From Macrostomum lignano (Eukaryota): a stretch of DNA of 64,000 bases. Position numbers and translations under genes: made by a program. Shown here one piece after another: positions 54,276-64,000 of the stretch (its first letter is position 1; each line of letters opens with the position of its first letter). The notes under the pieces are model-generated. The model was not told the origin of the DNA. It did no database searches and saw only the letters and a program-made list of their open reading frames with translations. The stretch lies in the NCBI GenBank assembly GCA_002269645.1, contig NIVC01000121.1:434001-498000 (forward strand). Reading direction: 5' to 3'.

Positions 54276-55478
54276 CTGAGGATGGTACAGAAAATGAATA
54301 CCGAAACCTATTCTAGGCCTCTATGTCTCACCCAAAGAGTATTGAGGTCGCCTAGTATAGAGTGCCAATAAGGATGAAAATCTTAAGCTGATTTTTAGAA
54401 TCCACCCACCCCCTCCGGTCACCAAGCTTTTTAGTCTATGGCACAAGTTGTGGCTAGAGTGGTGTACAAAGCCGATGCTCAGAAATATACATAGAGTGCA
54501 TGAGAAAAATACAAGTAGCTAATGTAGCTGGACGAATACCATGTATGCTTAAAACGTCCTTAAGACTTTATTTCTGTATCTATACTGTAACCATACGTAC
54601 ATTGATTGCATTGTGTAAGGAGAAAAGGAAGTTGAGCAGGATTCTTGCAGCAGAGTCGGAAAGACAAAAACATAAGTGATAAATAAACAGGCAGAGTGAA
54701 GGTCCTTGAAAGGCAGACGAAAGAAGGATACAGATGCATCACAAACGCAGTTATTGCAATTAGCTACCGCGCACTTGAATTGATAGATTTTGCTAGATCC
54801 CAGAGCTCCCATTTAACCCATCCCATTCGTCGCTCTGCCAACCAAAATGCGAGCGCTTCAGCAAGCAACCTAAGAATTCAAATGGACTAACCTCAGAGAA
54901 ATTCGGGGTTTCAAACTACCGAACAGTGAACGGTTAAAACGCCATGATTTTTGTCACCCATATTTCGAAACTGCCGATACAAGTAAACGTCGTGGCGAAC
55001 TAGGATGGTCGAGCTTGCAGAAATAGCCTGTTTATTTCGTGTCTAAGCACTGCAGACTTGTTATGTGATAATTTATAGACTTAGCATACTATCTTGAGGA
55101 TATGAGAGCGGGGAGGAGAAGGAAGAGAGGAGAAGAGAGGAGAGAGAAGAGGGCTGAGAAGAGACTTACGAGAGTATAGCGGGCTGGATAGCTGATGTGA
55201 AGTTTAAATCTCAAGACATTCAAATTTCAATCAAAGAAACCACCGAGAAATCCGACACCTGAAAACTCTAATTACTGCAGTCACGGCAAATCAACACTGA
55301 GTGGGAACTATCTATACTATCTAGCATATAGAATGGCATTGCACAGCATAAATTCTTGACAACAACACTACTTCACATCATTACACCCTCCAAGTAATAT
55401 CCAACCTCACAATAATTCTCCACAGCAATGCATCAGTTTATACTTTACTTAAATTCCGAAATGACTAATTTGACTTAC

Positions 55479-55720
55479 CAGAGATCGAGCTACGGGTGGA
55501 AGCACTACGAATGAGATGAACTTGAACTCCTTATCTGATAGAACTATTTTCACGCTATTGTCTTTCACAGCAACAGGGATCTTGCAGCGGCTTCCAGTGA
55601 ACCCGCTCTTGCAATTGCATTTGCACACAGACAGATCGCTGTTGTCTTCAACGCCATTGTTAAGGCATGCCGGATCCTCGTAACACGCTGAGCACTTTTT
55701 GGTGCTGCTGCTTGTTTTTG
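55479..55720 (-). CDS. CAP/SCP-EGF protein, exon 5 (EGF-like 2, start of C-terminal domain)
   Basis: Acceptor atggcag|CA; CLNNG..CKCNCKSGFTGSRC; donor CTG|GTAAGT, phase 0. Confidence 0.85.
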
Positions 55721-55825
55721 CTGCCATGGAAAACATCATGCGTTTCGATAGTTGGCTTGGCGGGCATTTTTTCTCATATTTTTATAAGAAAATTTCAGTC
55801 TTAACAAAGGACAGCTCGAACTTAC

Positions 55826-55927
55826 ATTCGCATAGCGGGCCGAGTGCAACTGTGACGTCACACTTGCATTTGCACTGAGACGCGCTGGTGTCTTGCTTGC
55901 CGCAGTTCTTGCATGCGAGCCGACAAG
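55826..55927 (-). CDS. CAP/SCP-EGF protein, exon 4 (EGF-like 1)
   Basis: Acceptor actgcag|CT; CRLACKNCG..CKCKC..GPLCE; donor T|GTAAGT, phase 1/1. Confidence 0.8.
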
Positions 55928-56028
55928 CTGCAGTTTTACGTCATGCATTTATTACTTGTGGGTACCTCTGCTTGAAATGCAACGACAGAGAAGAATAAAG
56001 CTATTTACAGTGATGTCAGTGTACTCAC

Positions 56029-56168
56029 TTGGTGAAGCGGTAGAGTCAAATGCTCTCACTGCCGCTTTGATCTGAGGGTCAGCGGTGTTTGCGCAGAGAC
56101 CGTCGATGCAAAACGGTCGCGTAGTTGGGCAGGCGGAGCACGGAGGGCCGTACTTGTACAGAGCACCT
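56029..56168 (-). CDS. CAP/SCP-EGF protein, exon 3 (CRISP-type hinge)
   Basis: Acceptor cactgcag|A, phase 2; LYKYGPPCSACPTTRPFCIDGLC; donor A|GTGAGT, phase 1. Confidence 0.85.
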
Positions 56169-56208
56169 CTGCAGTGTGCATGAATTCGTACTGATTTTTG
56201 TATGTCTG

Positions 56209-57312
<1,104 letters not shown>

Positions 57313-57619
57313 CTATCTATTGCCAGGACCTGCACCGGAGCGGTTACGAAAATTAGATTTCTCGGTAGTTGCACGCACTCTTTTGCACTACTTGAGTAGT
57401 CTGATTTTCGAACGGTATGGCTGGTTCCAGCAGGTAGTTCCTCTGGATAGAAGCGCTTACCGCGCCCATTGGCTTTCCAGCTGCCTTAATCGTTTCCGGT
57501 GATCTTGTGTGCGTGCATTCAGCTTGATTGGCTGCGGCTTCATTCGCTTCGCTCGCTCTTTCTCGCTATCTATACTATCTATCTATCTGTCTATTATCTA
57601 TCATATGTTAAATCCTCAC

Positions 57620-57936
57620 CCCGCGCCGTGAGAATACTCGCAGAAAACAATATTTTTGTTTTGTGAGCAATCTTTTTTGATAGCACAGCCAAGTTCATTT
57701 ACAACGTCAAACATGACAGCCGTGTAGTGGCCGCACATCTTGCCAGTGCATTTGCGGGTGTCATGATCGTACTGACTTTTCTCCGTAAACCAGGCAAGAG
57801 TGATCTCTCTGGGATCAGTCCGAGGGCCACTATATATATTTTCACCTAAACCGGCATATTCGCCACCGTAATTGTGGTCGTCCTTGCACTTTTCGGCTGC
57901 TTTCAAAGCCAAGTCCTCAAGCTTATTGCTCCATGT
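57620..57936 (-). CDS. CAP/SCP-EGF protein, exon 2 (CAP core)
   Basis: Acceptor ttttcag|ACA TGG; TWSNKLE..LGENIY..AWFTE..CGHYTAV..LGCA..VFCEY; donor GG|GTGAGG, phase 2. Confidence 0.9.
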
Positions 57937-58347
57937 CTGAAAAAAATTCATTCAGAAGGGTTCGACTTTCAGGAAAGCTGCCGATGATTTTTGCGAATTG
58001 TGAATTCATGCTTTAAGATTGATTCATGAACTGCAGTATAGATGGATGATTGTAGCATTTTTTTCAATCATGGCTACCTCTATTTTAGTTCTCACTATTT
58101 TCCATTGGGTATTGTATAACGAAATTGACGCAAGTAATCGATTGGGCTATGGGTATCGTAAAACGGAAGAATATTGCCAATTTTTTATTTTTATAATTTC
58201 AGAAAGTTCTAGAAATTAATGTGACAAATAAATGTCATATTCTGCAGTCTTAGGCCGAAAAGACCCTATTCCTATTCCATCCTATATAATATATCAATAT
58301 AATAAGACAACTTAATGGAAAGGTATTTAATACGGATAGCTGCTTAC

Positions 58348-58509
58348 AACAAAGCCCATAGCCGCAGCAGTTGGCGAGGCCGATTGCCGCAGCTGGTTGT
58401 GGGTGTCCAACATTATCTTCTTTTCGTCATTGCTAAACGTGGCTTCAGAGAGCGGCCACAATTCTGCCAGGACGATAACCAGAAGCTTAACGAATAACTG
58501 GACCTGCAT
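58348..58509 (-). CDS. CAP/SCP-EGF surface protein, exon 1 (signal peptide, CAP N-terminus)
   Basis: ATG 58509; MQVQLFVKLLVIVLAELWPLSEA signal; MLDTHNQLRQ CAP helix; donor GTT|GTAAGC, phase 0. Confidence 0.85.
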
Positions 58510-58662
58510 TTGCTGCGGTTTTGAAGTTGCTCTTGAAACTTGTATTTGCACGTATAAAATGTATTTGAACTACTTTAATTTTGCAGAATGTATCTGCAGA
58601 TGCGCAGTGTCTATGGTAGAAATATATGCACTGTATATTACAAATGAAAACAATTACCGAAG

Positions 58663-58852
58663 CAAGGAGTTCTACAATTAGCAATCTGGAGCGGAAACGA
58701 GTTTTACCTCATGAGGCCACGCCAATTGTAAAGAATAAGGAGCCAGCACTGAATGTCTATGGCTCTGTCTGACTGTCTATGCTAGTCTGGCCTCATGAGG
58801 TAAAAGTGAAAAACTCGTTTCCACTCCAGGTTGCTAATTATAGAACTCCTTG
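58663..58852. mobile_element. Foldback/MITE-like element with ~57-65 bp inverted arms
   Basis: Arm 58663-58719 is the reverse complement of arm 58788-58852 with about 3 mismatches and one 8-nt indel. Confidence 0.6.
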
Positions 58853-59479
58853 GACGGATAAAAGAAAGAAAGAAAGAAAGAAAGAAAGCCAGGTCAAGGA
58901 CTACTTAGTCACTCAGGACGGGAGTCTTTCACACAAATTGTTCTATGGCCAAGCCTATCTGAAGAGGATTTCAGTCACTTTGTCTGTCAGGAATAATACA
59001 AAGCTACTAGTTGTTAATCTACTTTGTTAAAATAGTTCCAGCATTTTCCTATGTCTGTTTGTTTGTTAGATTATGGCTAAATTTGATTGAATTTGGCTCA
59101 TACTACTGAACGAATAGTAGTTTTACTGAATATAGTTGAGCGAACCATATAGTACATTTCCACCCCGATCTGTATGCCTGATCACCATCCCTCCCTATTC
59201 CTCCCTACAGTTGTAGTTTTGTTTCGTTTAAGTCGATCAAGCAACCACAAGAACTTAACCATGCAACCAAGCAGCAAAACAATATGTCCGTGAAATGCTG
59301 TAGGATTTGTATTTTAGTTAAAAACAATCCTGCTTACCCTGGTTAAAAACTGGGGGGGGGGGGGCTGGCCCTTAATGGCCCCTAGAGTACCCCTACGGAA
59401 TCCAGTGAAAACCCTAGCTATAGGCCCTAGCCAGCCACTAAGTGTATCCCCTAGGGGCCCCCTAGGTTATTTTCAAGTG

Positions 59480-59580
59480 GGTGGATGTACAGCGACCCCG
59501 ACTTTCTAATCGACCGGCATGTACACCCTCTGTGCCTTGGGGGTCGGTCCTCGTGGCTGTGAATCGCATGACATACCCAC
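59480..59580 (+). repeat. Dispersed repeat copy containing the 57-bp satellite monomer
   Basis: tgtacagcgaccccgactttctaatcgaccggcatgtacaccctctgtgccttggggg aligns colinearly with the array unit. Confidence 0.65.
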
Positions 59581-59627
59581 GGTCAATTTTCATGCACGAG
59601 CCGCTCACCAGGGGTCGTGGGGCGGTG

Positions 59628-61042
59628 GTTCAATTGGTTCCATGGTTCAATTGGTCCCATGGTTCAATTGGTTCCATGGTTCAATAGGTTCCATGGTTCA
59701 ATTGGTCCCATGGTTCAATTGGTTCCATGGTTCAATAGGTTCCATGGTTCAATTGGTTCCATGGTTCAATAGGTTCCATGGTTCAATTGGTTCCATGGTT
59801 CAATTGGTTTCATGGTTCAATTGGTTCCATGGTTCAATTGGTTTCATGGTTCAATTGGTTTCATGGTTCAATTGGTTCAATTGGTTCCATGGTTCAATAG
59901 GTTCCATGGTTCAATTGGTTCTATGGTTCAATAGGTTCCATGGTTCAATAGGTTCCATGGTTCAATTGGTTTCATGGTTCAATCGGTTCCATGGTTCAAT
60001 TGGTCCCATGGTTCAATTGGTTCCATGGTTCAATTGGTTTCATGGTTCAATTGGTTTCATGGTTCAATTGGTTCAATCGGTTCCATGGTTCAATTGGTTC
60101 CATTGGTTCAATTGGTTCCATGGTTCAATTGGTTTCATGGTTCAATTGGTTCAATTGGTTCCATGGTTCAATTGGTTTCATGGTTCAATTGGTTCCATGG
60201 TTCAATAGGTTCCATGGTTCAATTGGTTCCATGGTTCAATAGGTTCCATGGTTCAATAGGTTCCATGGTTCAATTGGTTTCATGGTTCAATTGGTTCAAT
60301 TGGTTCAATTGGTTCCATGGTTCAATAGGTTCCATGGTTCAATTGGTTCCATGGTTCAATAGGTTCCATGGTTCAATAGGTTCCATGGTTCAATTGGTTT
60401 CATGGTTCAATTGGTTCAATTGGTTCAACTGGTTCAATTGGTTCAATTGGTTCAATTGGTTCCATGGTTCAATAGGTTCCATGGTTCAATTGGTTCCATG
60501 GTTCAATAGGTTCCATGGTTCAATTGGTTCCATGGTTCAATTGGTTCAATTGGTTCAATTGGTTCAATTGGTTCCATGGTTCAATTGTTTCCATGGTTCA
60601 TTGGTTCCATGGTTCAATTGTTTCCATGGTTCAATTGGTTCCATGGTTCAATTGGTTCCATGGTTCAATTGGTTCCATGGTTCTATTGGTTCCATAGTTT
60701 TATTGGTTCCATAGTTCTATTGGTTCCATAGTTTTATTGGTTCCATGGTTCAATTGGTTCCATAGTTCTATTGGTTCCATAGTTTTATTGGTTCCATGGT
60801 TCAATTGGTTCCATAGTTCTATTGGTTCCATGGTTCAATTGGTTCTATGGTTCAATCGGTTCCATGGTTCAATTGGTTCCATGGTTCTATTGGTTCCATG
60901 GTTCTATTGTTTCCATGGTTTTATTGGTTCCATGGTTCAATCGGTTCCATGGTTCTATTGTTTCCATGGTTTTATTGGTTCCATGGTTCTATTGGTTCCA
61001 TGGTTCTATTGGTTCCATGGTTCTATTGGTTCCATGGTTCCA
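59628..61042. repeat. 17-bp composite minisatellite (GGTTCCAT + GGTTCAATT)
   Basis: Direct inspection. Confidence 0.93.
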
Positions 61043-63016
61043 TTAGTCCCATATAGTATTCGGAGCAAAAATTTAACTATATAAATCACAACCATCAGTT
61101 GACCAGCAGTTGAGGCTTGCCCACTGTCGAGGCTTGATCGGCGAAACTAGAGAAATTCGCATCAGGGTGTTCATAGTCACCTGGTGCCACCTGTTGAACG
61201 TCCAGAAACTCCGCCTGGGTGAGGGCTAGTGACCAACAAGGTCAGAGCTGATGCAGACACATGTGATCGACGTGCTGATGAAATTTGGAGACTTGGCAAG
61301 GCTGCAGTGAGGCGCAGTGCTGATTGGCGCACAGGGGTGTACTGAATACACTGGCGCTTATGGGAAAAATCCGACCTTCTGGCAGAATCGTCGAATATCT
61401 CGACGGTCCGGAGGGCTGGCGACTTGATTCTTGTTTGAGAAGGTGCACAACAAGAAGTTAGCCCGTGTTCTTGAATTTCGTGTGCCTGCGTTGCTCCGTT
61501 CCGGCGCAGCAAAAAAATTGTCAGTGGGGGGGGGGAATTTTTCCCCTCTTGGTAGTTCTACTGTCAATCTTCGCGCGACATGTTTCGCCGAACAATCGGC
61601 ATCTTCAGGCAATAATATAGATGCAGAGAGATGGAAAATTTTTAAAGTCTAGTAAGCCAAAATGATGCAAGAATGGGTAGCAGAGTTAGATGACCCTAAA
61701 TAAGAGGCAAGCGCATGGGGAGTTTAGAAATTATATTAGATGAAGAAACGACCTTCTTGATAGCTTAAAGAAGCTTGACTAAAATATACGCTCGCACGAG
61801 CGAAGTTCCCTTTTTCGCATTGGAAAGCTTTTGAAAAGTTCCCAAGAAGCTTTGCTTTTGTGAAAAAAATAGCGCTTTTTGCTATAAGCATGCAAACTTC
61901 ACAGACCTTTCTCGAATTTAGACAAATCATTTCACTTCCTAAAAGCTTATATCCAATATTAATATTTATATTCACTACTCGTTAGGCGGTTGCCAATTTA
62001 CTCTAATTTACTTTGTAGAACCTGATCTGGAAACTGCAGTTGACACCCACGCAGCTTTATTAAAAAATGTAGAAACTATAAAGTTTTCTGTTTGCTAGAC
62101 TTATTTGTTCCGTATCTAAACTAAACCTGGATTACGCTTCATTGTTTGAACGAATTTCAGATCCGGTAGCTAGTGAAACTCAAATAAGAAATCAACATGT
62201 AGCATATACGCTCTTACTTTACCTGTGGGAGTTTGCATCCGGCATATAGGTTTGGTACGACATGTTAACATTTATATCATTGTAACTGCAAACTCTGATA
62301 TCAAACACCAAACAAATTTTTATTATGGACCCTGCATAATGGAGAATCTATCTCATATTGAAGATAAAATTAGCCTGTAAGAGTTCGTATAGTTCCGTTT
62401 TCTGACTAAGTCGATGTTATAACATTGATTCGTTGCCTGATCGACACTGGGACCTTTTGGGATTCTGTGGCAGATGGGGAGAAATGACTGAGATGTCAAG
62501 GCTTATTAGAGGATTGCTGAAATGCTGTGGCTCATATGAGGCCGCTGAGAATTGTGAGTTGTTGGTAGGTCAAGCATCAAAAGGGGGGTTAGGATTCAGC
62601 CATGACTTAAAGAGGGTGGGTGATGCTTTTTTGCTTGAAACATCATTTTCCCTTAAATTACTTACAACTGCGACTGTACAAGATCAAAACCTGCATGTAG
62701 TTTATTCAAGCATTCTTTTTTATTTTTTTATTTCACATTTCTTTTCGACTTGAGTTTTCAAGAAATCACAGACTATACTGAAATGTTATTACGAGTCTTT
62801 TTACTGTAGCTACTGGTTTTGTTTCAATTGACTGAAATTCTCGGTCGATTTTCGATAGCCAAGAGCATTTTGCCTTTACTATTCTTTGCTATTTTTTCAA
62901 GTCAATTAAATAATGTGTTAGGTACAGCAGCAAACACTGAATCCACATTAATTATCATGGGTGCGAAGCTACCTTGGTATCTTAAATATATAATACATAA
63001 AGATTTTTGCAGCTTG

Positions 63017-63212
63017 GTGGGTGCCCCTGTCTCTTGGAGGGTGCCCCTGTCTCTTGGAGGGTGCCCCTGTCTCTTGGTGGGCGCCCCTGTCTCTTGGTGG
63101 GCGCCCCTGTCTCTTGGAGGGTGCCCCTGTCTCTTGGTGGGTGCCCCTGTCTCTTGGTGGGTGCCCCTGTCTCTTGGTGGGTGCCCCTGCCTCTTGGTGG
63201 CCGCCCCTGTCC
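63017..63212. repeat. 20-bp minisatellite (GTGCCCCTGTCTCTTGGTGG)
   Basis: About 9-10 units. Confidence 0.9.
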
Positions 63213-63677
63213 TTGATGGCCGCCTCTTGCTGCACACCCTTCAACACTGCCACGTACAAGTTTGCAAACGTTGAGCTCGTGCCATTTATCAAGTTTGGCT
63301 GTCTTTTTCATTTTGTTGCTGAAGCAAATTTTTGTGGGCGATTAAAGGGGGTGGCCTGACCAAAAAACAAAATGCTAACTGTTTAGTTCCCATTGATCAG
63401 ACTTGAAACCTTCTAAGTTGAATTTAAAAGATAAACTTTAGAAGCAACATAGAAACAGAAAAGTTTTTCTCAGAAAAATTATACTTTTTACAGCAGGAAA
63501 TATTTCCATTATAAGTTATCCTCTAGAAAAATGTTCATCAAGACAGTAGGGCTAAAGAATTCGGAAAAATATTTATAGCTGACGTCTATTACTTAGAAAT
63601 AGGTAAATTAAAACTAACTTAAGTGCCCTCTCTATAATATCATTTCCCTCGTCACTCACTAGTACACACTCAAACAG

Positions 63678-64000
63678 TCAAGGAAGGTAATTCCCGTATG
63701 CCTCGAACTCGCACAGCGTGAGAGAGTTGCTATGACGACTCTGGACTCGAATGCTGGATCCGGCCATCTGGCAGGTGAAGTTGCCAACAAAGAACGGCAC
63801 CGACACGTTGACGCTGCGGCATTGGACGCCGTCCACAAGCAGCTCAAAGTTGTTCAACCGCTCTGCACAGCAATCCTGTCTGTTGTAGATGACTACGTGA
63901 GAAACAATGGACTGCCGCAGAAGCTGGGCCTCCCACCACTGGTTCGGGATTCTTTTAGTATGACTGCATGAACCATCGTGATACAATTGGCTCGTGTTGT
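63678..64000 (-). CDS. Second F-type lectin domain exon (paralogue of 51452-51864), truncated by window end
   Basis: 88/102 aa identical to the plus-strand copy; same H-X26-RXD-X4-R motif; stop TGA at 63678-63680. Confidence 0.88.
   Translation of the reverse strand, partial: NTSQLYHDGSCSHTKRIPNQWWEAQLLRQSIVSHVVIYNRQDCCAERLNNFELLVDGVQCRSVNVSVPFFVGNFTCQMAGSSIRVQSRHSNSLTLCEFEAYGNYLP

Noticed and set aside
61177-61652. Cluster of short overlapping ORFs
   Set aside because: No recognisable domain, splice structure or termini in any frame; possibly a decayed element but unsupported.

Overview
This is eukaryotic, intron-rich animal DNA saturated with micro- and minisatellites. The style suggests a free-living flatworm such as Macrostomum, but that is inference and cannot be verified here. 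About 45 kb (46659->1810, minus strand) holds the first 13 coding exons of a Sidekick-type adhesion molecule (signal peptide, 6 Ig, 11.5 FN3). I rebuilt it by hand with GT-AG sites and matching phases at every junction; it continues beyond the left edge. Two plus-strand genes are nested in its introns: an intronless, RFX X-box-preceded gene resembling sperm/ciliary microtubule inner proteins (11946-12575), and the last two exons of an unknown gene (153-1069). To the right are a secreted PAN/apple + F-type lectin gene (50418-51864, +), a complete 7-exon CAP/SCP-EGF-EGF gene with a GPI-like tail (58509->53617, -, 480 aa), and the 3' exon of a second, inverted F-type lectin paralogue at the right edge. 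Most long ORFs in the supplied track are tandem-repeat artefacts. The most notable non-coding patterns are mutually inverted 23-bp arrays bracketing sdk exons 11-12, a 57-bp satellite whose monomer also occurs in a dispersed repeat with three other copies in the window, and a ~190-bp foldback element upstream of the CAP gene. No prokaryotic systems, CRISPR arrays, rRNA or tRNA genes were found.
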